From the NCBI GenBank assembly GCA_963666285.1, contig OY762711.1: a stretch of DNA of 64,000 bases; one strand, written 5' to 3'. A program made the translations under genes and the position numbers. The DNA is from Sedimentisphaerales bacterium (lineage in GTDB: Bacteria; Planctomycetota; Phycisphaerae; Sedimentisphaerales; SM23-30). How positions within the stretch are numbered: the first letter of the stretch is position 1; each line of letters begins with the position of its first letter. A model generated the notes under the pieces. It was given only the letters and a program-made list of their open reading frames with translations, did no database searches and was not told the origin of the DNA. Of the stretch, positions 9,445 through 18,755 are shown piece after piece.

Positions 9445-11508
9445 CTATTCGGCAGGAACAAATATCCTCGGATTTGCCAGCAAAGTTTCAGCGGCAAAAG
9501 CCATCATCGCCAGTATCAGCAAAGGCACAAAAAGGTCAAATCTTGCAGTACGCAAAAATGCCAGTTTGCTATAGTCGGTGTACTGGTCAATAGTAGCTAT
9601 ACTATGAGCTATCCCGCCAAAAAGTTCGATACTGGTAGTACCATCAGGCATATAATCAAATCGCCCTTCATCGCTATCAGAACTAAATGCCACGGCATAA
9701 CGTCCTTTATCACAATCAATTAGCAATACCGCAGGCCTAACCGGCGAGACAAAACCCAGATAGTCGCCTGTATAGTCAACAGTATCACCGGCGATAGATA
9801 ACGCATGGATATTACCGGCAAAGATATTCACCGGCAGTTCCTGACCGGCCGCCAGGTGGATCACATGTTTGTCCAACGCATCTAAGTTACTGCTGTCATC
9901 AGGTTTAACAACAACCATATTCTGTGCCATAACCACACTCAGCGGCTGCTTGGGCAGGCTGCTCCAGCGGGTGTCAAAAGCCATCCCCAGCACATAAACA
10001 TTGCCTTTGCCGACCTTCCGGCGTGACATGACAATATCCTTATATCCTGCTCCTAAAAGGGTTTCTGTTCCGCTGGTAAGCTTGAGCTTATAGCCCTGCC
10101 AGATGGTCATATCCTCAACGTTTATCTGCCTGGAACCAAAGACTTTATACCAGAACTCACTCTTACGGTCCATCACTTCCAGCCGCCTGCCCTGGCTCTC
10201 GGCAAACCGCTGCTGAACTTCTGCACCCATAAAATCAGGCAGTACTACTTCACTGCCACGCTCGCTGACTGCCGGAACTGCAACCAGGTTGCCGCCATCG
10301 TTTACATAGCTTTCAAGCCAGCCGGGGTTAGTCTTGTCCAATGCTGTAACCGACTGCCAGGTAAGTACTAACATCTCAGGCTTTGACTCATTTACATACT
10401 CATAAACCCTGCCGACCGCACGGAAGGTTGTACCAATTCCGGTAAAAGATGCATCACCAAGCGGCGAAACTGCCAGTGGTAATAAACCATACTCATTCGG
10501 CGAACCGGCAAAAACTACGTTCGCCGGTGACCCGCAGCTTACTACTGCCATGCCGTAACCATCGGCATTAAAGCTGTCACCCTCAATGTGGGCCGACCAT
10601 GACCGAAACCCGCTTTCACCCGGCGGCAGCTGCATCGTTACCATCCGGCTCGACCCCTGCTGCATATCGACATCCCGACTCTCAACTGAGCCGGTACCAT
10701 CATCTAATACCAGGGTAACATTTCCGTCATAATCGCTTGTATTTTCCAGGTTTATGTTCACTGTCGCCGGGTGGCCGGGCAGTATCATCTCCGGCGGATA
10801 GCTAATTGACCGGATAGCAACATTTGCCCCGTTCTGGTCCTGCGGCATGATCTTGTGCACCTGTATCGATACATCTTTGGCACCACCGATAGTCCCGGCA
10901 TATTCAAACTGATGACGCTGCAGGTCGGTAAAAATATGAATTGTACCGCCGGTCTCCAGTAGATCAATAGATTCCCTAACTGCTTTTAACAAATCACCTT
11001 GTGAATATGTTGGCAATACCTGGTCTATAGCTTCCAGGATAAGATTGCGGTCTGTCACTATGGTATCGGGCAGCTTAGAAATTGATGGATCAACAACAAC
11101 AGTCCGCAGCCCAAAGCTCCCTTTGTCTATTGTTCCCAGCAGTTTACCGGCAGCATCCTTAGCCATATCCAGGCAGGTGATATGCCCACCCTGCTCAATT
11201 CGCAGCATAGAGGCAGAGTTATCAATAACCACGACCATCGAAGTAACACCACTTTTGGAAGTACCGCCAAGATTGAATGACGGTCGGCTGAGAGCAAGCA
11301 GCAGAAAGGCCAATACCAACATACGCATAAGTAAGACCAGTAACTGTCGTAACTTATGACGTGCGGTCATCTTGGGATCGGTCTTGTGAAAGAACATAAG
11401 AGTCGGAAACTGGACGTACCTTTTCTTTTGCTTGAGCAAAAAATGGAATACAATCGGCAGCCCGGCCAGCGGCAGCAGCATAAGAAAGAAACCCGATGAA
11501 AATATCAT
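9445..11508 (-). CDS. BatA N-terminal / vWA domain membrane protein
   Basis: LPIVFHFL..K...V.FPTL.F and LLMR...LA.L.LALSRP (BatA); VIDNSASM and IFTDLQ (MIDAS); C-terminal TM helix. Confidence 0.85.
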   Translation of the reverse strand: MIFSSGFFLMLLPLAGLPIVFHFLLKQKKRYVQFPTLMFFHKTDPKMTARHKLRQLLVLLMRMLVLAFLLLALSRPSFNLGGTSKSGVTSMVVVIDNSASMLRIEQGGHITCLDMAKDAAGKLLGTIDKGSFGLRTVVVDPSISKLPDTIVTDRNLILEAIDQVLPTYSQGDLLKAVRESIDLLETGGTIHIFTDLQRHQFEYAGTIGGAKDVSIQVHKIMPQDQNGANVAIRSISYPPEMILPGHPATVNINLENTSDYDGNVTLVLDDGTGSVESRDVDMQQGSSRMVTMQLPPGESGFRSWSAHIEGDSFNADGYGMAVVSCGSPANVVFAGSPNEYGLLPLAVSPLGDASFTGIGTTFRAVGRVYEYVNESKPEMLVLTWQSVTALDKTNPGWLESYVNDGGNLVAVPAVSERGSEVVLPDFMGAEVQQRFAESQGRRLEVMDRKSEFWYKVFGSRQINVEDMTIWQGYKLKLTSGTETLLGAGYKDIVMSRRKVGKGNVYVLGMAFDTRWSSLPKQPLSVVMAQNMVVVKPDDSSNLDALDKHVIHLAAGQELPVNIFAGNIHALSIAGDTVDYTGDYLGFVSPVRPAVLLIDCDKGRYAVAFSSDSDEGRFDYMPDGTTSIELFGGIAHSIATIDQYTDYSKLAFLRTARFDLFVPLLILAMMAFAAETLLANPRIFVPAE

Positions 11509-12419
11509 ACTGCCCTGCTCCTTTCGAGCAGCACATCATATATCTCACGACTGGTTTCAGCCAGAACATACTGGCCGCGAATATTCATAACCCCTTGCCG
11601 AAGCTCGTTTAAGTAGCTGTGCACCTGGTCCTGATAGCTTTCCTTGATCTGGTCGAGATCTACCAGTACCTTACCACCTGTCTCCATACATTCGATATCG
11701 GCCATGGATACGCCATCAGAAAACGCATCGGAAGGCAGCCGCAGTTCGGCCGGGTCGAGTACATGATAGATACTAAGCTCTTTGCCCTCATGGTAGAGGT
11801 GTCTCATGCCGGTGAGGATACTGTTCGGCTCTTCGAGCAGGTCGGAGATAACAACTATAAGTGCTTTACCTTTAACCAGTTCCGCGGTTTTATGCAGTAC
11901 CGATTCCAGGTCACTTTTGCCGCCGGGCTGAACGGCATCGAGATTCTGTAGAATCGGTTTAAGCCCCATATAGTTTGATGCCGGGCCGACATGATCGATA
12001 ATCTTGTTATCAAAAGTAATAAGTGAAACGGAATCGCCCTGCCGAGTCATGGCATATGCCATGCCGGCGGCGAGATAGCAGCTGTACTCAAGTTTGGTAA
12101 GCCCGCCTATGCCGCTGTTATGGTAGGCCATACTATTGGAAGTATCGAGCAGGATATGACATCTGATACTAACATCCTCGTGATACTGGCGGATAACGTA
12201 CCGGTCGCTTCGAGCGTAAACCGGCCAGTCAATACGACTTACGGGATCACCGGGAATGTATTCGCGATACTCGGCAAACTCAACCGACGAGCCGAAAGCG
12301 TTGGAATGGTGCAGACCCTGATAGTGGCCGTCCATCGGCCGCCTTACGGTATACTCCAGGGCATGAAGCCGTTCGGCCATAGTCGCGGGCAGATATTTGT
12401 AGCTGTTTTCTGATGCCAT
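11505..12419 (-). CDS. DUF58 family vWA-like protein
   Basis: G.H.S...GSSVEFAEYREY.PGD....IDW, LLDTSNSM, VVISDL. Start placed at the ATG at 12419; 4-bp overlap with the BatA gene. Confidence 0.9.
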   Translation of the reverse strand: MASENSYKYLPATMAERLHALEYTVRRPMDGHYQGLHHSNAFGSSVEFAEYREYIPGDPVSRIDWPVYARSDRYVIRQYHEDVSIRCHILLDTSNSMAYHNSGIGGLTKLEYSCYLAAGMAYAMTRQGDSVSLITFDNKIIDHVGPASNYMGLKPILQNLDAVQPGGKSDLESVLHKTAELVKGKALIVVISDLLEEPNSILTGMRHLYHEGKELSIYHVLDPAELRLPSDAFSDGVSMADIECMETGGKVLVDLDQIKESYQDQVHSYLNELRQGVMNIRGQYVLAETSREIYDVLLERSRAV

Positions 12420-12520
12420 ATAGTTTCCTATTTTAGCTTTACGATTGCCAAGTATCAATGACTAATAAAGTGAATCGAAGGTGTGATGTTCGGTATGTTG
12501 GTTTGTAATATGTTTTATCG

Positions 12521-13018
12521 GTACGAACGGTCACAGATCGAAACGGAGTAGCCGCGACGGCCTGCGGAATATTCGCGGGCGGATAACGGAGCATAAACGG
12601 CGGGCCGCGGCGCTAGCGCGGCGGGAAGAAGAGCTGAAACCGGCTGAGTCGGCCAGTGGCGTTTAACGGAGACCGGGCGGCGGGCCACGGCGGCTTACGG
12701 CGGGCCAGCGGATTGGCGCGGCGGTGAGAAGAGCTCTTGTGGTATCACGGAATACAAACGGAGAGTATGCGGCGGTAGTGCGGCAGGCCAACGGCGGTAG
12801 TGCGGCGGGCTGCGGAGCTATAACGGCGGAAATTTACATTGAGGCTTTCGGCCTGTTTTTGGGTGTTGGGCAGACCAGATGCCGCGAAGCGGCTTTTAAA
12901 GTGTAAAGGGTAAAATAAAAAGTGTAAAGGAGGTGTTCGCCTGGCGGCTCACAACTTATTTTAAAGCTTTCGCATATTTAAATTCAGAATTATGAAAAAG
13001 ATTGTCAACCACGAAAAT
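12521..13018 (+). repeat. Composite repeat, copy 3, left part, with phased RCGG array (about 12527-12830)
   Basis: Reverse complement of 8831-9353, roughly 85-90% identical by eye. Confidence 0.9.
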
Positions 13019-13137
13019 ACAATGAAAGCCAGAATATTCCTGTAGCATGGCTTGTGTTATAATACACAATAATTTTAGCACGAGCTGTCACAGGGACGCT
13101 CAAATATTTAACCAATTTTATACGGAGTATTCTGGCT

Positions 13138-14184
13138 ATGAAGACTATTATGTCAATTGATTTAGGAAAATTCAAGAGTGTAGTTTGTTTTTATGAGGTA
13201 AAAAGCTGTAAGGCTATATATAAGTCGTTTAAGACTAACCCTCAAGAGCTTCATGACCTGGCAGTATCTCACCCTGCTGATCTTATTGTATTTGAGGCTT
13301 GTGATATCATAGGCTGGATTTGTGACCTTTTTGACACCCTGGAATTAAAATATGAAGTGGCAAATACTAATACCGGCGAATGGTCTGGCAGAAAATTGAA
13401 GAAGAAAACAGATAAAAAGGATGCATTTTGGCTGGCCAAGCGTGCTGCTTTAGGAGATTTATCAACTGTCTATGTTCCTAAAAAGGAAATTCGAGAGAAA
13501 CGATCTTTAATTAATTATCGCCAGAGCCTTACAGAACGGATAACTCAGGTAAAAAATACTATTCGTTCTTTATTAAATGCCCAGGCGTATTCGTTGCCGT
13601 CAGGCAGAAAGTGCTGGTCTAAGCAGAATCTGGAACAGTTAAGAAGTATGGCTATGCCAATGGATAAAGTTAAACCAGATGAGCTCTGGAAAGGCAATCT
13701 ATGGAGCGAGCTTATATTACTGGAACAATTAACAGACGCTTTGCAAGTAGTTGAAGATAAACTGGAAGAGTTAAATAGTACTGATGAAAAGGTAAAACTA
13801 TTACAGACTGTTCCCGGAGTTGGCCCACGTCTGGCAGAGGCAGTTGCAGCTTATATTGATGATCCACATAGATTTAAGAATTGCAAACAAGTTGGCAGCT
13901 ATATTGGTATGACACCGCGTCAGTACCAATCAGGTAATACAGACCGTCATGGGCGGATAAGTAAATATGGCAATAGGTTATTGCGAGCATTACTTGTTGA
14001 GGTTTGCTGGCTGGGTTTGCGTTGGAATCCATGGATAAAAGAAACATACGAAAGAATAAAGAGGGGAAGTAAAACTCGTGCAAAAATAGCGATAGTAGCT
14101 ACAGCCCGACGGTTGTTCGTACGATTGTGGGCGATGATGCGAGATGGGACAAGTTGGCAGATGCCTGAATTGCAAAGTGTTTGA
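13138..14184 (+). CDS. IS110 family transposase/recombinase
   Basis: DEDD RuvC-like domain (IDLGK, FEAC, KTDKKDA); Tnp domain VPGVG and GMTPRQYQSG (catalytic Ser); AIVATARRL. Confidence 0.95.
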   Translation: MKTIMSIDLGKFKSVVCFYEVKSCKAIYKSFKTNPQELHDLAVSHPADLIVFEACDIIGWICDLFDTLELKYEVANTNTGEWSGRKLKKKTDKKDAFWLAKRAALGDLSTVYVPKKEIREKRSLINYRQSLTERITQVKNTIRSLLNAQAYSLPSGRKCWSKQNLEQLRSMAMPMDKVKPDELWKGNLWSELILLEQLTDALQVVEDKLEELNSTDEKVKLLQTVPGVGPRLAEAVAAYIDDPHRFKNCKQVGSYIGMTPRQYQSGNTDRHGRISKYGNRLLRALLVEVCWLGLRWNPWIKETYERIKRGSKTRAKIAIVATARRLFVRLWAMMRDGTSWQMPELQSV

Positions 14185-14229
14185 TACCAATATAAGTAAA
14201 ATATAAATATTACCTATGATTTTGCCCGA

Positions 14230-14380
14230 TTGAAATCGATACGGAACCTTGGTCGTGCATTTGGGTTTTGAACCTGACACGAAAATTAAGCCGTATCGCA
14301 ATATATATAATGGAACCATGGCGTAAAATACAGCCTCGGACACTCCGGATAGAAAGATGAAACAATCAGGTAAATAATGA
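14230..14380 (+). ncRNA. Putative bridge/seek RNA of the IS110-family element (RNA ends uncertain)
   Basis: Stem cgatacgg (14237-14244)/ccgtatcg (14291-14298) encloses tcgtgcattt (14253-14262) and cacgaaaatt (14278-14287), which match the two strands of the insertion target. Confidence 0.75.
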
Positions 14381-14582
14381 TTCGCTACGCGAAAATTGTT
14401 TTAAATAGGTTTATCGCATAAGGTCAAAAAGCAAAAAACGAGGCGGTGTAAAACCGCCCCGGCTTCTTGACAACTTGCAACGCTCGGGTTGCTCCTCAGC
14501 AGAGCCCTATCCTTTGCAAGATAAAGGAATTATAGCAAAAATGAATAAAATTAGAAAATTAATGTTGCATTCTGGCTTCATA

Positions 14583-14711
14583 GAAAATTCACGAAAGAAC
14601 ACGAAAAAAACACTGTTGCTCGCAGAGGCCGCAGAGCTCGCAAAGAATATTATTTGGCCATGAATGGAAAACTTTAAATTAAGAATTCAAAATTAAGAAT
14701 TAAGAAGAACT
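14583..14711 (+). repeat. Composite repeat, copy 3, middle part (9-mer and 7-mer modules) between IS110 and IS3
   Basis: Matches the reverse complement of 8715-8835 and of 6155-6265. Confidence 0.85.
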
Positions 14712-16123
14712 TGTCTGGTCCTGTGATAAGTTGTCACATTATAGATTTAATGTTTTAACAAATAACAGGAGACAACAATGTTGGTAAGTAAACGAACTTA
14801 TAATCGCTACAGCGAAGCCTTTAAATTACAGGTGGTAAATGATCTTGAATCTGGTAAGCTAAGCAGTATTTATGAGGCTAATTCCCGCTATGGGATTTCT
14901 GGTACAACAACAGTAAAGAGTTGGCTAAGAAAATATGGCCGTAACCATTTGATACCAAAGGTGATACGCGTGGAAAAACTAGATGAACAAGATCATGTAA
15001 AGAAGTTAGAATCAGAGATTAAGCAGCTTAAAGAAGCGTTAGCAGACAGCCATATAGAGAATATTGTAAGTGAAGCCAGGTTTCAGGTTATTTGTAAAGA
15101 ATACGGGCTGGATCCCGAGGAGTATAAAAAAAAAGTCGATACCAAACGGTTCAACAAGCGTCCGAGGCAACCGTTGAAAAGAAAGAGGAAAAAATAGCGA
15201 TAACTTCCTTATGCAAAGCTGTTGGCATGAGTCGTCAGAATTATTATAAATCACATAAAGTTCGGCGCAGGCGGCACTATGAAAAAGACCTGATAATATC
15301 TTTGGCCAGGCTGGAAAGATCATTGCAGCCTGAGATGGGTTGCAGAAAGGTTTTGAAGCGTATAAAGCCCAAACTGGCAAAAGCCGGTATTAGTATAGGG
15401 CGAGATAGATTTTATGAAACGATGTCAGAAGCAGATATGTTGATAGAGCGTAAAAAGCGAAGTGTGACAACGACAGACAGTCGTCATAACTTTAAGACTT
15501 ATAAGAATATACTGAAAGATGAAGAGCTTACAGGAGCCAATCAGGCCCTGGTAAGTGATATAACGTACATATATACAGATGAAGGATTTATGTATCTGTC
15601 GTTGATAATGGATGCATTTAGTCGCAAGATAGTTGGCTATGACTGTAGTGATAGTTTGGAAGCAGAAGGTTGTTTGCGTGCATTAACAAAGGCGATAAAG
15701 CAATTGCCCAAAGGTAGTAATACGATACATCATTCAGATCGTGGCAGTCAGTATTGCTGCCATAGATATATAGATAAGCTTAAAAGAAATGGGCTGCGAG
15801 TTAGTATGACCGAAGATAATCATTGTTATGAGAATGCCCAGGCCGAGAGGTTAAACGGTATATTGAAGCACGAGTATGGATTGAAGAATACGTTTAAGAA
15901 AAAAGCTCATGTTCATGCTGCGGTTAAACAGGCGATAGAACTGTATAATACCTGTCGTCCACATTTTGCTTTGGGATATCGTGTGCCTGAGGAAGTGCAT
16001 ATGGCGGCGTGATATATTCCTCCGTTCCGGTCGCCCTTCGGGCTCCCTGCACTACGGAATATATCATCAAAAAACAATAGTAAATAGAAACGGAAAGTGA
16101 CAACTTTAAATCAGGACTTGACA
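14712..16123 (+). mobile_element. IS3-family element, copy 1
   Basis: TG..CA ends; IRs TGTCTGGTCCTGTGATAAGTTGTCAC / GTGACAACTTTAAATCAGGACTTGACA; apparent 2-bp CT duplication relative to the empty allele (reverse complement of 6146-6165). Confidence 0.95.
14778..16012 (+). CDS. IS3 transposase OrfA (14778-15197) and OrfB (to 16012), joined by a -1 programmed frameshift
   Basis: HTH OrfA; A9G slippery run at 15126-15135 with the -1 frame open into OrfB; DDE motifs SDITY, HHSDRGSQY, ENAQAER. Confidence 0.92.
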
Positions 16124-16280
16124 CTGAAAAATACAAGACTGCGATAAGTGCCAATAATTATAAGGTGGCTCGTTTCAGCCTTCGCTAAAGCTATGGTTCA
16201 ACAAGACCGCACGTGATTAATAATTTTGAACCACTGATGCACGCGGATGGACACCGATAAGAAAATGTTTAGAGATAACT
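16124..16280 (+). repeat. Composite repeat, copy 3, right part
   Basis: Near-identical to 54950-55084; the first 50 bp match the reverse complement of 6105-6157. Confidence 0.85.
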
Positions 16281-16350
16281 AACAAATTAAATGCAGTTGA
16301 ACTTCAAACATAGAACAAAAATAATAGTAGTATTAGAGAATGCTGCTTTT

Positions 16351-17912
16351 GGGAGTGTTCATTTGACTGTGTAAATGGTACTATTGGTATAGGCAGAATA
16401 CACTTCTGTCTTGAAATTTACACATTTCTATATTAACTTGTATATTATCGTTCTGAAGGATAGGGCTCTGCTGAAGAGCAACCTGAGCGTCAGAATGATG
16501 CCGAGACAAAAGGCTCTGGAAGAACAAACATTTTCCACGAGCCTTTTATTTTGTTTTGGCTGATAAGCGAAAAACTTATAAAAACAGCTCCGCCAAAGGC
16601 GGCACCTCTTTTATCTTTCAGGCATTCGATCGCCGAACTTGATAGCGAACTGGTTTATCGCCTGATTCCAGCATCTAATTGGCATTGTCCACTTTTTAGA
16701 TATGTTTTCAAGAGCCAAATAGAATATCTTTAAGATCGATGCTTCGCTAGGGAATGCACCTTTAGTTTTGATAACTTTTCTCAGAGAACGATTCAGAGAT
16801 TCAATTGCATTGGTGGTATAAATCGCTTTACGGATTTCTGGCGGATAATCAAAAAACGGTATGATGTTTTGCCAGTTATTACGCCAGCTTTGGCTAACCA
16901 TAGGGTACTTATCATCCCATTTTTGAGCAAATTCGTCCAGAGCCATTTCAGCTTCCTGCTCAGTGGCTGCGGTATAGATTAGCTTTAAATCAGCACATAG
17001 CTGTTTGCGATCTTTCCAGTTAACAAACCGCACTGAATTACGAACCATATGTACAATACATAACTGTACCTGGGTTTTAGGGAAAACGGCTTCTATAGCT
17101 TCTGGAAAGCCTTTTAAGCCATCTATGCAAGTGATGAATATATCTTTAACACCTCGATTTTGAAGCTCTGTAATGATATTAAGCCAGAATTTTGCTCCTT
17201 CAGTTTTAGCTATCCAGATACCCAATAATTCCTTCATGCCATCCATATTTACACCGAGAGCAAGATAAACTGACAAATTGGATACTTTGCCGTCCTGGCG
17301 ACATTTAACAACAATACAGTCAAGGAATACTATTGGATAAACTTCATCCAAAACTCGATTTTGCCAGGATTTAACTTCCTGCATTATACTCTCGGTTGCC
17401 TGGCTGATAAGACCTTCAGAGACATCAACGTGATACATATCCAGAAGACATGCCTGAATATCACGGACACTCATACCACGACCATACATGGCTATGATCT
17501 TATCATTAAAACCTTCAAAATACTTCTCGCCCTTGGGGATAAGCTTAGGTTCAAAGGTGCTGTTGCGGTCACGGGGAGGATTAAGTTCAACTTCGTCAGA
17601 ATCGATTACAACAGACTTTTTACCATTGCCATTACGACTATTGCCACTGTTATTGCCCTTAGGGTCATGCTTGCTGTAGCCCAGATGGTCGCTCATCTCT
17701 GCTTCTAAAGCTCGTTCAACTATTCGTTTTTTGAGCTCAGAAAATAAACCTGATTCTCCCCAAAACTCCTCCGGAGTATTGTAACCTCCTAGAAGCTCAT
17801 CAATTAACTCATCTTTACGTTTGTCTTGTGCCGATCGTTTAGCCATAGTTCTTTACCTCACATTATAGGTTAACAAATCTATGACCATTTACACAGTTTA
17901 ATTTACACCCTC
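16351..17912 (-). mobile_element. IS256-family element
   Basis: IRs GGGAGTGTTCATTTGACTGTGTAAATGGT and GAGGGTGTAAATTAAACTGTGTAAATGGT (rc); 8-bp TSD CTGCTTTT at 16343-16350 and 17913-17920. Confidence 0.95.
16611..17846 (-). CDS. IS256 family transposase
   Basis: NSRNG, PRDRNSTFEP, YPIVFLD, DGLKGFPEAI, QLCIVH, YTTNAIES. Confidence 0.97.
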   Translation of the reverse strand: MAKRSAQDKRKDELIDELLGGYNTPEEFWGESGLFSELKKRIVERALEAEMSDHLGYSKHDPKGNNSGNSRNGNGKKSVVIDSDEVELNPPRDRNSTFEPKLIPKGEKYFEGFNDKIIAMYGRGMSVRDIQACLLDMYHVDVSEGLISQATESIMQEVKSWQNRVLDEVYPIVFLDCIVVKCRQDGKVSNLSVYLALGVNMDGMKELLGIWIAKTEGAKFWLNIITELQNRGVKDIFITCIDGLKGFPEAIEAVFPKTQVQLCIVHMVRNSVRFVNWKDRKQLCADLKLIYTAATEQEAEMALDEFAQKWDDKYPMVSQSWRNNWQNIIPFFDYPPEIRKAIYTTNAIESLNRSLRKVIKTKGAFPSEASILKIFYLALENISKKWTMPIRCWNQAINQFAIKFGDRMPER

Positions 17913-18317
17913 CTGCTTTTCACTTATAAATATCTTCATTATCCTAAAATCCCTTAATAATAGATTTCCATTTTAAAATACATAGTTGTTCCAGATTCAG
18001 TTTAGTCAGAATTTACAAAATATCTCCCTGAAATTCATTCCAAGATCTATTAACCAGACAATCAGACAACCAGACAACCTGTCAATAACATTTTCCCAGC
18101 CTTAACTGCCAAATATCTCCTTTTCAAATCTATTCATTAAATTACTCCCCAACATTTTCACATATCCACTATTCATCCAATTCATCATACCACACCTCCA
18201 GCAATACCTGTAGCATATCCAACACCTCAATCAGCTTCTCATCTATAATCCAAATCAGGCATACAGCCCCAAAAATGGAAGGCAAGATATAACATGAATA
18301 ATAAGCCTTCAAAAACC

Positions 18318-18755
18318 TTACCACCACGGACGATAGTGGCTTGAGAGTCTTTTTACCGAATAGTAATCATTTTCACAAGTAAAAACAAAAACATCAATAT
18401 CACTTGGTAGATCTGAAACACAATAGACTTTAATCAATATTTTATTATTTCTTGTAAGTTCTTCAAACACGTTATCATATTTTGATAAATCTAACTCAAT
18501 ATTTGTGCATTTTTGAGGGTAAATGTTTTCGTTTAATTTATCTTTTACTTTTAGAAGTATTTCATCTTCTGAATAAAGACTTATGTTATGAATAAAAACA
18601 AAAGCCAAACCAACTGTTTTAAATTTGATTACTGGTTGTTTTTTATTAACAATATATGCTTCTACTCCATGGTAAGGAATTATTACAAGATAAATAATAG
18701 TCAAAGAAACAATAAAAACAACAAGAAGCGGTATAATTATTTTTTTTACTTTCAT
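18318..18755 (-). CDS. Hypothetical membrane-anchored protein (candidate orphan immunity protein)
   Basis: Very AT-rich, N-terminal TM helix, downstream of an Rhs tip module. Confidence 0.55.
   Translation of the reverse strand: MKVKKIIIPLLVVFIVSLTIIYLVIIPYHGVEAYIVNKKQPVIKFKTVGLAFVFIHNISLYSEDEILLKVKDKLNENIYPQKCTNIELDLSKYDNVFEELTRNNKILIKVYCVSDLPSDIDVFVFTCENDYYSVKRLSSHYRPWW

Larger units (their letters stand above)
13019..14582 (+). mobile_element. IS110-family element (IS1111-like: subterminal IRs, long 3' non-coding region)
   Basis: Boundaries come from the empty site at 8822-8840. GAAAAT core at both ends (13013-13018 and 14583-14588); imperfect IRs atgaaagccagaat (13022-13035) and attctggcttcat (14569-14581). 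Confidence 0.9.

Noticed and set aside
9040..12830. AAC-rich repeat pair as a DGR template/variable repeat
   Set aside because: No reverse transcriptase in the window, the copies are inverted and both intergenic, and their differences are not adenine-specific.
8962..12906. Short ORFs 8962-9150, 9083-9427, 9117-9371, 9208-9420 and 12724-12906
   Set aside because: They lie in the GC-rich phased repeat. Their similarity reflects the DNA repeat, and the 10-11 bp period does not fit codon structure.
6082..16280. CRISPR array or integron attC array
   Set aside because: No constant repeat with regular unique spacers, no cas or integron integrase gene, and no consistent RYYYAAC..GTTRRRY boundaries recognised.
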